This document shows positions 49,103 to 61,700 of a stretch of DNA of 64,000 nucleotides, in pieces (the stretch's first letter is position 1; each line of letters opens with the position of its first letter). Location of the stretch: positions 15,314,001 through 15,378,000 of the forward strand of contig OX597827.1 of assembly GCA_951406725.2 (NCBI GenBank), read 5' to 3'. The stretch is from Octopus vulgaris (lineage: Eukaryota). The notes under the pieces are model-generated. The model saw only the letters and a program-made list of their open reading frames with translations. It was not told the origin of the DNA and did not search any database. The position numbers and the translations under genes are program-made.

Positions 49103-51934
49103 TATATATATATATATATATATACACACACATGCAAATGGTTTACAAACTTAATTTGTTCCTGAAGGCCATTCATTTTTTAAGCCAGAACTATTTTTCT
49201 CATAGGAAATTCAAGAGAAGGCATGGTGAATTCAAGCAGGGATGTGCATTGAGCGAAAGTTAGACAACAGCTGACACTCTCCCACTGATATTCCCAGCTT
49301 GTCACTAAATATTGTTGTTGGCTTGTATGTTTGTTACTTGAAACACCATTTATCACCTGAGATGTTTTCGGAGAGGCACTGAGCAGCTATACGCACACAT
49401 ACACACACGGCAGTAATTTCCACCTACCGAATTCAATCACAAAGCTCCGGTCGGCTCGGGGCTATAGTGGAAGACACCTACCCAAAGTGCCACGCAGTGG
49501 GACTGAACCCGAAACCATGTAGCTTTATGTTAACAAAATTGCCTGATCCAATGTGTGTGTATGTGTATGAAGGCGCATGGCTCAGTGGTTGTAGTATCGG
49601 GCTCACAATCATGAGGTAATGAGTTCGATTCCCAGACTAGGCTGTGTGTTGTATTCTTGAGCAAGACACTTTATTTCATATTGTTCCAGTTCGTTCAGCT
49701 GTAGAAATGAATTGTGATGTCCCTGGTGCCAAGCTGTATCGGCCCCTTTCCTTTCCCTTGGTTAACATCGGTGCCGTGGAGAGGGGAGACTGGTATGCAG
49801 GGGCGACTGCTGGTCTTCCATAAACAACTTTACCCCGACTTGCGCTTCAGAGGGGAACTTTCTAGGTGCAATCCCATGGCCATTCATAACCGAAGGGGAT
49901 TTTCACCCTAGATATACATATATAAAGGAAAGGAATTCCTTCAAAGGGGTTTGTAAAACATCAGATTCATTGGTACATCAGTTGGATACCACATAAATAT
50001 AGATATATAGGTGCATAAGTGGCTGTGTGGTAAGTAGCTTGCTAACCAACCACATGGTTCCGGGTTCAGTCCCACTGTGCGGCATCTTGGGCAAGTGTCT
50101 TCTGCTATAGCCTCGGGCCGACCAATGCCTTGTGAATGGATTTGGTAGATGAAAACTGAAAGAAGCCTATCGTATATATGTGTATGTGTTTGTCCCCCTA
50201 GCATTGCTTGACAACCGATGCTGGTGTGTTTATGTCCCCGTCACTTAGCGGTTTGGCAAAAGAGACCGATAAAATAAGTACTGAGCTTACAAAGAATGTC
50301 CCGGGGTCGATTTGCTTGACTAAAGGCGGTGCTCCAGCATGGCCGCAGTCAAATGACTGAAACAAGTAAAAGAGTATATTGGACGGTTCGACCAGGGATC
50401 TGGGAAGCCAGAAGGCTGCACCAGGCTCCAGTCTGATCTGGCAGAGTTTCTACAGCTGGATGCCCTTCCTAACGCCAACCACTCCGTGAGTGTAGTGGGT
50501 GCTTTTTACATGCCACCGGCACAGGTGCCAGGTGAGGCTGGCAACGGCCACGATCGGATTGGTGCCTTTTACGTGCCATCGGCACAGAAGCCAGTCAAGG
50601 TGGCACTGGCATCGGCCATGTTCGGATGGTGCTTTTTACGTGCCACCGGCACAGGGATCACGACTGCAGTTTCAATTGATTTTTGATGTTGATGTACTTG
50701 ACTCAATGGATCTCCTCAAGCACAGGGTCGAAACGGTGTTTCTTTACTTGCCACCTGCACAGGAGTCAGTCCAGCAGCCCTGGCAACTGCCGGGTGCCAG
50801 TCAGAGGATTGGTTCAATTTCGATTCTGATTTCACTTGCCCCAACAGTATGTATATATATACATACTTTATTTAAAAGTAGCAGAAAAGCATATTACTCT
50901 ACCTCTGGTATTTGAGTACTCTTTTTTTTACATCTTGTTTCACATTTATGTACTTACTCTGGTGTATATATATATATATATATATATATAGATGCCAGTG
51001 CCGCCTCGACTGGCTTCCGTGCCGGTGGCATGAAAAAAGCACCATCCGAATCGTGGCCGATGTCAGTGCCGCCTCGACTGGCTTCCGTGCCGGTGGCACG
51101 TAAAATGCACCAATCCGACCGTGGCCGTTGCCAGCCTTGCCTGGCACCTGTGCAGGTGGCACGTAAAAAGCACCCACTACACTCACAGAGTGGTTGGCAT
51201 TAGGAAGAGCATCCATCTGTAGAAACGTTGCCAGATAAGACTGGAGCCTGGTGCAGCCTTCTGGTTTCCCAGATCCCCGGTCGAACCGTCCAACCTATGC
51301 TAGCATGGAGAACGGATGTTAAACGATGATGATGATGATATATATAGAGAGAGAGGATGACTTTCAAGCACAAGTAATGAAATTTCCATCATAGTTTGAA
51401 TGAAAATAAATACAAATATAGATATTACGGTCTTATTAATTTTCTAAAACCGATAAATGGTTTGCCATGATTTTTTAAAAAACTAATTTGTTTCATCCTG
51501 TAAGATATTGATATCCTTTATATGTAATTTGGAATGTTTGCTATTTTGTGGGTTAAATTAATAAAACTGTGTTAAGGACATCTTAACCTTTCTCTAGAAT
51601 GGTTAAGATGTCCTTAGTACAGTTAGTACTCAGTACATTCTCTAAAGAGAATTGAGAAGAGTATCTGGCCATACATTACCAAATATGGAACTTATAAGTA
51701 AGACATAGTCCTCTAACTCACCAAGAAGACTAGTAACTCTGAATAAGAACCGACTTGAATTGTGGCAACCTGTCCAGCTCATACCAGTATAGAGAGTGGA
51801 TATAGAATGATGTATTGATTTCAGCATTTTTGGTATTGTTATGAATAGCCTTATGCATTTATAGACAAGATATTGATATTTAGGAAGATTGTTGTAATTC
51901 AGAAAGAATAAAATTAAAATCTTTTGTGAAACTG

Positions 51935-51968
51935 ATTTTTTTTTTTTTTTTTCTTTCTGTCTTTCCAG
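51935..51968 (+). promoter_or_regulatory. Splice acceptor of the ZF2 coding exon (exon starts at about 51969)
   Basis: Poly-T tract then ttctttctgtctttccAG, about 280 nt upstream of the ATG. Confidence 0.75.
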
Positions 51969-52250
51969 TGAATAAAGTTTTCAAGCTCTGAAAATGAACA
52001 CCTCAAGGATGTGAATATCCAAAGCAACACCACTGCCACCAACACCATCAACCATAAAAATAACAGAAATTTGAAAGAACATTCATTGTCTGCTGTATAA
52101 CTGTTCACTGCTGAAGGTTGTCTTTTAAATTTAAAAAAAAATTCACTTGATTTTACACGTTTCATTTATAAAGAAGGGTTTTTCTTATCTAAAACTAAAA
52201 ATTTTTGAAATGGTTTCACACAGTTGAATAAAAACTACAAAATTGTGACA

Positions 52251-54125
52251 ATGTCCTCTGAAACTTTTCATAATTCAAGGAAAGAGAAGGAAGCCATTTA
52301 TGGTTTTAAGACAAACATGGCTGATAAACAGTTTCACAGTAATATGTACGACATGCAGTTTCCACAAAGCTGTGGACTACAACCTGCTGGATCAGGTCCA
52401 TTAAATGAAAAATCATTTCCTTGGGTTAGTTATAGTGCAGCAAGCAGTAAGCAACCACAGTTTCCAATGAATGGTAAAAATATGCCCGATATAGAGCATT
52501 CTCACAGTAAACAGCAAACGGCTGCTCCTCAACATTCCCCTGACGCTCCACCACAACAACAACAACAACAACATCCTTCCTCTCAGCCACAACATCCATC
52601 TTCTCAGCCACAACATCCAACTTCTCAGCCACAACATCCATCTTCTCAGCCACAACATCCATCCTCTCAACCACAACATCCGACTTCTCAACAATCGCAA
52701 CATCCGACTTCTCAACAATCGCAACATCCGACTTCTCAACCTCAACATCAATCAAAAGGAGCTTCCCCAACCGAAAAACCGTTTCACTGTGATTTGTGTG
52801 AAAGTAAATTTGCCAGGCGGGAAACCCTCGTTTCCCATCGAAGAACCCACACTGGGGAAAAACCTTACACTTGCGAAGTCTGCCATAAGCAATTTGCCAG
52901 ACGAGACACATTGCAGTCTCACAGAAGGACACACACGGGGGAAAAGCCGTTTCGATGTGATTTTTGCAGAGAACAATTTGCTCGGAGAGACACTTTACAA
53001 TCTCATCGTCGGACACACACGGGTGAAAAACCATTCGTTTGCGAAATTTGTCGACGCCAATTTGCTCAGAGAGATGCGTTGCAGTGTCATAAACGAACCC
53101 ATACAGGGGAGAAACCCTTTCGATGTGATCTTTGTGTCGAACGATTTGCTCGAAGGGACACGCTTCTGTCTCACAAACGGACCCACACTGGGGAAAAACC
53201 GTATTGTTGTGATGTCTGCCCAAAGCGCTTTGCTCAGAGAGATACTCTCCAGTGTCACAAGCGAACTCACACAGGTGAAAAACCATTCAGCTGCGACCAT
53301 TGCCCCAAGAGTTTTTCTCAGCGAGACACCTTGCAGTGCCATCGAAGGATTCATACAGGTGAGAAACCATTCCACTGTGACTTGTGTGGTCAGAGATTCG
53401 CCCGGAGGGATACACTCCAATGTCACAGACGTACTCACACCGGGGAAAAGCCATATCATTGCGATGTGTGTCCTAAACAGTTTTCGCAGCGAGACACGCT
53501 TCAGTGCCACAAACGAACACATACAGGGGAGAAACCGTTCCATTGCGACATCTGCGGAGACCAGTTTGCCCGGCGAGACACTCTGAAGTGCCACATGCGC
53601 CGACACACGGGTGAAAGGCCGTTTCAGTGTGAAGTGTGTGCGGAACGATTCGCTCGTAAGGATACCCTTTGCTGTCACAAGCGGACCCATACATGCGAAA
53701 AACCGTTTCATTGCGAATACTGCATTCAGCAGTTCGCACGGCGAGACACGTTACAGACCCACACACGCACACACACTGGGGAAAAACCTTACCAGTGTGG
53801 CATATGCGGGAAGCAATTTGCTCGTACTGATGAGTTTGCGCGTCACAAAAGAACGCACGGTACGATACCCACTACACCCAGCACTGTCATCACGCCGATT
53901 ACGACGACGCCGCCTCCTCCTCCACCGCCGCCACCAATAACAACAACAGCGACCACTACCACCACCACCACAAACCAACATCAAATCAACAGAAAACATA
54001 GCCACCCACATTGTTCTGCGGCTACCTTTATGCAAAACAATTTCATCCGAACACCAAACTGTGACAATACCAACAAACGATACACTCCAGTTAGTAACTA
54101 CATGTGGCAAGCTGTCTATATATAA
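52251..54125 (+). CDS. Tandem C2H2 zinc-finger protein ZF2 (about 624 aa; 13 fingers, N-terminal Q/P/S heptad repeat, C-terminal P/T tract), single coding exon
   Basis: Uninterrupted ORF; first in-frame ATG at 52251 (the track start at 52224 is TTG); 13 CxxC...HxxxH units with TGEKPF/Y-type linkers; TAA at 54123-54125. Confidence 0.93.
   Translation: MSSETFHNSRKEKEAIYGFKTNMADKQFHSNMYDMQFPQSCGLQPAGSGPLNEKSFPWVSYSAASSKQPQFPMNGKNMPDIEHSHSKQQTAAPQHSPDAPPQQQQQQHPSSQPQHPSSQPQHPTSQPQHPSSQPQHPSSQPQHPTSQQSQHPTSQQSQHPTSQPQHQSKGASPTEKPFHCDLCESKFARRETLVSHRRTHTGEKPYTCEVCHKQFARRDTLQSHRRTHTGEKPFRCDFCREQFARRDTLQSHRRTHTGEKPFVCEICRRQFAQRDALQCHKRTHTGEKPFRCDLCVERFARRDTLLSHKRTHTGEKPYCCDVCPKRFAQRDTLQCHKRTHTGEKPFSCDHCPKSFSQRDTLQCHRRIHTGEKPFHCDLCGQRFARRDTLQCHRRTHTGEKPYHCDVCPKQFSQRDTLQCHKRTHTGEKPFHCDICGDQFARRDTLKCHMRRHTGERPFQCEVCAERFARKDTLCCHKRTHTCEKPFHCEYCIQQFARRDTLQTHTRTHTGEKPYQCGICGKQFARTDEFARHKRTHGTIPTTPSTVITPITTTPPPPPPPPPITTTATTTTTTTNQHQINRKHSHPHCSAATFMQNNFIRTPNCDNTNKRYTPVSNYMWQAVYI
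52570..52750 (+). repeat. Coding 21/24-bp repeat encoding (P/S)QHP(S/T)SQ about 8 times
   Basis: Repeated caacatcc(a/g)(t/a)cttctca units seen directly. Confidence 0.9.
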
Positions 54126-54260
54126 CATTGACCATGTGGCAAGCTGTTTATATATAACATTGACCATGTGGCAAGCTGTCTATATATAACATTGACCATG
54201 TGGCAAGCTGTTTATATATAACATTGATCATGTGGCAAGCTGTTTATATATAACATTGAC
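54101..54260 (+). repeat. 32-bp minisatellite (5 copies) spanning the ZF2 stop codon
   Basis: catgtggcaagctgt(c/t)tatatataacattgac starting at 54101, 54133, 54165, 54197 and 54229. Confidence 0.95.
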
Positions 54261-57200
54261 CGTGAGAACACAGTTTGGGTTTGGTTTAATCTAAATTACT
54301 TTTTAAGGAACTCAAGCTGGGTGTGTTTATTTCTCACACTTTGCTTCAGCATTACTAATGAATTTGTAGAAATCTATCTTCCTACAGGTATTAATTATGT
54401 AGTTTCTAACGACAAGTTTAGTTGTAATTCTAATTTGAATTTTTACTGAAAATATTTACTGATCTAGACATTTTGTACTTTGTCCTAGATATTTTTCAAT
54501 CCTAATTAGACAAAAAAAACAAAAACTATTCAAACATCCTTTACTATTGCTTCCATTAATTAATTATTTAGTTTTCTCATAAGGCAGCAAATTGGTAGAA
54601 TCATTAGCATGCTGGGTGAAATGCTTGGCGGCATTTCGTCCGTCTGTATGTTCTGAGTTCAAATTCCACCAAGGTCGACTTTACCCTTTCATCCTTTTGG
54701 GGTCGATAAAATAAGTACCAGTTGAGTACTGGGGTCGATGCAGTTGACTTAGCCCCTCCCCAAAATTGCTGGCTTTGTGCCAAAATTTGAAATCAGTATT
54801 TAGTTTCTCATCTTAGTCAATTAGATACCGTAGTTTGTATGCAACAACTTATAGAACTTATAGGTTTCATTAGTGCTACCACTTGTATATTTAGTATATA
54901 TCTATCATTATAATATAATATACTAAATGAAAAAAAAAACACCTGTCTGTGAAATTCTGTAATTCATTGAGATCCATTCTTCTCTATCTTTATCGTATGT
55001 ACCGTAGCTCTCTGTACAAATGTGTTTTACCTTTTTACTATGATTCAAGGTGTAACTGCTTCTGTCAGACATTATCAGATTCATTCATAACGATGAAAAG
55101 ATGGCTTGTAATCATTATGTATCCTGCAAAACTAATTTTTGTGCATGATCTTGTTTTCGTTACGACGTAAAATATACATCTTGCTTCAGTGACCGTAGCT
55201 CTTATGTAAAACATTACCATCAACCATTAATGCACATTTTTGCCAGACTACTTTTATTTTCTCCTATTTTTTAACAATTTTTGTTTCATTTTACATGGAA
55301 ACTTGCACATCCTTATCATAAAAAGTCGAAATTGATATTGTTTGCTATAATTTCTTCTCTGGGATGATTCAGACCTCGAATGACTTTCAGATTTCAAATT
55401 TAATCTTTTTTTTAATTTGTCAACAAATAAACATTTGAATGACATGAAAAAAGAGAGATGAGAAAGGAAAAGAAAGAATAGAAAAAAGTGTTGGGAGGAA
55501 GCAGCAGAAGATGAAGGGGGCGATGGGCCACACACCCCAGAACAAAAGGGGTGCTAATCCATGCCCCATTGTAATGACCCCAAGGGTGTTGCTGCAGAGA
55601 ATGGCTGGTGACACTCACTGCTGCAGCCACTCCACTTTGTGGGGTCATTTCTCTAACCGGTCACCATCATCTCTATTTTGCTGAGGAAATTGGTAATACG
55701 GGGTCCTAGAACACCTGAGAGAAAACATGACAAATTTGCTATTTTTTGTCAAAACTAGTGCAACATCTTAAGCATGATTAATTAAGTTAATGATTATTGT
55801 TTTTGTTATTTTTTTTTTTTTTAATTGCATGTTACAATTTGCAGGAAGTAGTTGTTACTCATTAAACAATATCTAAAGTCTATAAACATTAAGAATTTCA
55901 TACTTCTCTTTGGAACTATTTAGTTCCAAGAGACTGAAGGATCCTCCTTTTGCGATTTTTTTTTTTTTTTTTTTTTTTTCATGACAAATTATTTGAATTT
56001 TTAACTAAGAATGTTTTGAAAATGAAGGGAAGAGTTCAACACATTCTTTTTTTTTATTTTATACTTTTTTAAATAAAACAAATAGCAGATTTTTTAATAT
56101 ACATAAAATATGCTGCTTCATCAATGCCAAAGATTTTTTTTTTTTTTTTCCTGTAGTTTATACAGTAAGATTGAAAATATTTTTCACACCATGAACAGAC
56201 TCTAATCACTCATCTTACCAAAAATTCATTTTGAATAAATAATATTATCACTAGAGTACCACCACAGCATGGGCTATTAATATTCATTTTATATCACTGG
56301 TGAAACTAAAACATTAGAGTAATTGTTAAGTGAAAACCTGAAATAAAATTTCTGAAAAATACCGAAAAAATCTTTCTGTTTCATTTGATAAACTACACTT
56401 GAAGTTGATGTTGGTGTTGGTGTTGGTGAATGTTCGATTTTTCAATATATGATAATAGCTTATTAATAGGCGCAGGAGTGGCTGTGTGGTAAGTAGCTTG
56501 CTAACCAACCACATGGTTCCGGGTTCAGTCCCACTGCGTGGCATCTTGGGCAAGTGTCTTCTGCTATAGCCCTGGGCCGACCAATGCCTTGTGAGTGGAT
56601 TTGGTAGACGGAAACTGAAAGAAAGCCTGTCGTATATATATATATATATATATATATGCATGTGTTTGTGTGTGTGTATCTGTGTTTGTCCCCCTAGCAT
56701 TGCTTGACAACCGATGCTGGTGTGTTTACGTCCCCGTCACTTAGCGGTTCAGCAAAAAGAGACCAATAGAATAAGTACTGGGCTTACAAAGAATAAGTCC
56801 CGGGGTTGATTTTGCTCGACTTAAGGCGATGCTCTAGCATGGCCGCAGTCAAATGACTGAAACAAGTAAAAGAGTAACTAAAATCATAATTTGCTTTCAG
56901 TCCATAAGTGCAGGTGAGCTTGTGTAGTAAGAAGTCTGCTTCTCTGTCACATAGTTCCAGGTTCAGTCCCACTATGTGGTACCTTGGGCAAGTGTCTTCT
57001 ACCATAACCTCAGGCTGACCAAAACCTTGTAAGTGAATTTGATAGACAGAAACTGAAAGAAGCTCGTTTGTGTATGTGTGCGCGTACATATGTCTTTGTG
57101 TCTGTGTTCCCCATCATAACTTGACAATCAGTGTTGGTGTGTTTATGTCCCCATAACTTAGTGGTTTGGCAAAAAGACATCAATAGAATAAGTACCAAAC

Positions 57201-57830
57201 TTAAAAATAAAAAAATTAACTACTGGGCTTGATTTAGCCATCTTAAAATGCTCCAAGGCGATGCCTTAGCACGGCTGGACTTTAATGAACCAAGACAAAA
57301 GATTTTTCTTCAAAAATTCAGTTTGTAGTGATGCCATCTTGGAAATCTCCAGCACGCATGCTCAGAGTTGCATTCTTCTGGGAGGCCTGCCAGAAGTTCC
57401 CTCGTGTGCATGCGCAGAAAACTAGCAGCAGCAAAATTCCCTCGTATCTTTCTCTCAAACGCCGGCAGCTGGACAAGACAGTCGTATTTTAGCAGCTCTC
57501 TCAAGTTGCTACCTCATGGCATGTCTCCGCTATGCTTGAACGGACAGGATTTGGCTCACTCCACTTGACTACTGCGACGAGCTCCTAGGCTGCCGATTCG
57601 CTCGGAAAGAAGAAATGTATATATATATATATATATATTTTTCTTTTACTTGTTTCAGTCATTTGACTGTGACCATACTGGAGCACCACCTTTAGTCGAG
57701 CAAATCGACCCCGGGACTTATTCTTTGTAAGCCCAGTACTTATTCTATCGGTCTCTTTTTGCCAAACCGCTAAGTTACAGGGACGTAAACACACCAGCAT
57801 CGGTTGTCAAGCAATGCTAGGGGGACAAAC

Positions 57831-57870
<40 letters not shown>

Positions 57871-58521
57871 ATATATACGACAGGCTTCTTTCAGTTTCCG
57901 TATACCATATCCACTCACAAGGCATTGGTCGGCCCGGGCTATAGCAGAAGACACTTGCCCAAGATGCCATGCAGTGGGACTGAACCTGAAACCATGTGGT
58001 TGGTTAGCAAGCTAATTACCACACAGCCACTATATTGCGAATCAAGAAACAAATATTTATACTGTTGAAGTTAATCAGAGGTCTTGACTCTTTCCTTTGA
58101 TTTAATATTTAATGTAAAGGATGCGAGCTGCATCCATCCAGTGCGGGGACCTCTCATCCTGTTACGAGTTTGATGCTAACTATACCATTTCAGCTTTTTG
58201 GAAGATTTTTCTCTGAACACTTCTAAAAGACGGAATAAGCTGGTATTTATTTTATTGATTATCCTCATAATATACTGGAATGTTTAGTAGTCCAAGATTT
58301 TCACTTGATTTCACAATTAATGACAAACCAGTTAGATAATGTTGGTTTGTGTTTTATAGACCAATCTGTTAAGCTTGGTTTGCTAAATCAATTTATGATA
58401 CTAACCTATAGAAAAGGTCACAAAGTATATTCACCTGTAAACAACTTGAAAAGTAGATAACTTAAAAATCAGCATGAAATTATATTGGACTTATTTGAGA
58501 CAGAAAGCAACAACAGATTAA

Positions 58522-58709
58522 CCCTTTCGTTACTAACCCGGCTGAAACCGGCCCTAGCTCTGTAGTACAAAATGTCTTGTTTTCATAAGTTTTAAATTAA
58601 AATCTTTCACCAAACCTTAGTCGCAATTAATGTTCCTAACACTAGCTTGTTATATTTAAAATGATTGAGAGAAAAACAGAATCTCAAAAAAAATACAGTA
58701 ACGAAAGGG
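58522..58709. mobile_element. piggyBac-like MITE
   Basis: TTAA|CCCTTTCGTTACT ... AGTAACGAAAGGG|TTAA, perfect 13-bp TIR. Confidence 0.8.
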
Positions 58710-61700
58710 TTAACCAGCAACAATACAGTAAGTCTTGTGTACCATAACAGTCAACTCCTCCAGCATTCAAACCAACCACATCTGGTCCATATATTCTACC
58801 CACTTTGTGTTAAAACTGGACAGATCCAGCTTCTTGTACAATAGAAATATGGTAACAGATTCATCAAATTAAGGCCTTTGTACTTAATGATGTAAGGAAA
58901 AAAATATCTAAGCGATTAATAATATAGGCGTAGGAGTGGCTGTGTGGTAAGTAGCTTGTTAACCAACTATATGGTTCTGGGTTCAGTCCCACTCCATGGC
59001 ACCTTGGGCAAGTGACTTCTACTATAGCCTCGGGCTGATCAAAGCCTTGTGAGTGGATTTGGTAGGCAGAAACTGAAAGAAGCCCGTGATATATATGTAT
59101 ATATATATATATGTGTGTGTGTGTGTTTGTCCCCCCTCCCCAACATCGCTTGACAACCAGTGCTGGTGTGTTTACATCCCCATAACTTAGCAGTTTGGCA
59201 AAAAAGACTGATAGAATAAGTACTAGGCTTACAAAGAATAAGTCCTGGGGTCGATTTGCTCAACTAAAGGCGGTGCTCCAGCATGGCTGCAGTCAAATGA
59301 CTGAAACAAGTGAAAGAGTAGAGTATACTTTCTTGATGTAATCTTTTTCTGTTTTTTTTTTTTGGTGGGGTGAGGGTCAGATATTTAAATTAAAATGTGT
59401 GCCCTATTGGGATTTTTTTAAATTATCAGAGCATGGATAGCTGTAGCTTCAGTCATTAAGCTGCGAGACGAGATGGTGAAGACCGCTTTGTTCAAAGTCT
59501 CCCTTGACCTCAAGTGGCCTGAACTCTTTACATGAACACCACCCTGTACTTAACTCCATGTCCCCCTACATGGCCTTGCTATTTGCTTTTGAGCCAAAAT
59601 TAACTAACTGCTGAATAGTTTAATGTTTCCCGAAGTACAGTCTCTGAAATCATGTTGACATTCTAAGACCATGGTAAAACCAACTCTGGCAAGCATAACT
59701 TTGGATGGAAAGCAAAGCTCTCAGAGAGGGACTGCAGAAAAGTGAAACATATCTAAAAACCATTGATCTATGGTAGCAAGAATGACTACAGAGTTAAACC
59801 ACCACCATACCAACCCTGAGACAAACAAAGCCATTCATTGCTGGATACTATGGAAGGGCGGCGAGCTGGCAGAAACGTTAGCATGCCGTATTTCGTCTGC
59901 CACTACGTTCTGAGTTCAAATTCCGCCGAGGTCGACTTTGCCTTTCATCCTTTCGGGGTCGATAAATTAAGTACCAGTTACGCAATGGGGTTGATGTAAT
60001 CGACTTAATCCGTTTGTCTGTCTTTGTTTGGCCCCTTGTGGGTAGTAAAGAAATAGGATACTATGGAAGGGCTGTATTTACTAAGCCTCTTCTGTCCCTC
60101 ATCGACATTGATAAGAGGGAAAATATGGTGTCTAGACTGTCAGAAGTGGTTGGTAGCTCAGTGGAACAATGTCATCTGTGATAATTCATCATTCACCTTC
60201 TTTTTTTTTTTCCACTTTGAGGTAAATTTATGCCTGGAGACATCCCAAAGAATCCTGCAAGGCTGATGGTTTGGCTCCTACAATTGATGTATGGGGGTGG
60301 CTCTCTTGATGATCTGAGCAGCCATGTCATAGCTGCCCAGATCATATTCTCTCAGTTTTTTTGTTGTTTTTTTTGTTCTACATGGCAGAGTCTCGTGATG
60401 GGAAAATAGTTCCTCACTTGGAAACATGAGGGCTGGTGACAGGAAGAGCATCCAACTGTAGAAAATCAATCTCAACAAATTCCATCCGACCCATGCAAAC
60501 ACAGAAAAAGTCAACGTTTAAGCCGTAGTTGTAGGATATACTCTGTGCTAATGTTATCATGTCCTGTTCATTTAATCCTGTGCTGTAGGTATGAAATCAA
60601 AATATGCCAAGGTTATCAGTCAGTGTACAGCATACAAAAATTCTGTATTAATGCCATCCTAGATCTTTTTGATATCGTACTCAAAATAGGTGAAGGCGCA
60701 TGGCTCAGTGGTTAGAGCGTCGACCTTACGATCGTGAGGTTGTGAGCTCGAATCCCGGACCGGGCTGTGTGTTGTGTTCTTGAGCAAGGCACTTTATTTC
60801 TCGTTGCTCCAGTTCACTCACCTGTAGAAATGAGTTGCGATGTCACAGGTGCCAAGCTGTATCGGCCCCTTTGCCTTTCCCTTGTATAACACTGGTGGTG
60901 TGGAGGGGGGAAGCCGGTATGCTTGGGCGACTGCTGGTCTTCCATAAACAATCTTGCCCAGACTTGTGACTGGGAGGGTAACTTTCTAGGTGCAATCCCA
61001 TGGTCAGTGTTGTGATTGAAGTGGGTGGGGTCTCTCACTCAAAATATGGTACAGACCTCCAAGCTAAAACTGACCTTCACTCAGCAAATCACTCATGTAT
61101 TATGGAAACCATAAGTAATCATCATGTGGAGGCGCAATGGCCCAGTGGTTAGGGCAGCGGACTCGTGGTCGTAGGATCGCGGTTTCGATTCCCCGACCGA
61201 GCGTTGTGTGTGTTTATTGAGCGAAAAACACCTAAAAGCTCCACGAGGCTCCAGCAGGGGGTGGTGGTGATCCCTGCTGTACTCTTTCGCCACAACTTTC
61301 TCTCACTCTTTCTTCTGTTGGCCTGCTCGCTTAGCCAGCGGGGTGGCATCATTTGAAGGCTAAAACAATGCGAACGCATTGTGACCATTGTATAGCAACA
61401 TCTGATGGTCTGGTCAGTCACGTGATCACGTGATAAGTAATCATATCTTAATGAGGAAACTCAGTAAAAAGCTTGTTTGTATCATCTTAAAGTCAACATT
61501 TTACCTTCAGGCTGCCAACCATTGCAATTTGCTATTACACATAACTTCTCTTGTTAATTCTGTCATCATAAGTAATTTAAAATTAGTGAAGTATATATTA
61601 AGTGCAGGTGTGTCTAAATGACTAAGGAGCTTGCTTTGCAACCACATGGTTTCAGGTTCAGTCCCACTGCAAGGTACCTTGGGCAAATGTCTTCTGCAAT

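Noticed and set aside
52224-52250. Track start codon for ZF2
   Set aside because: It is TTG; the first in-frame ATG is at 52251
52413-54167. Antisense and alternative-frame ORFs over ZF2 (and 6106-6718 over ZF1)
   Set aside because: Shadows of the repetitive zinc-finger coding sequence
54101-54260. CRISPR-like 32-bp repeats
   Set aside because: Contiguous units without spacers, eukaryotic context, no cas genes
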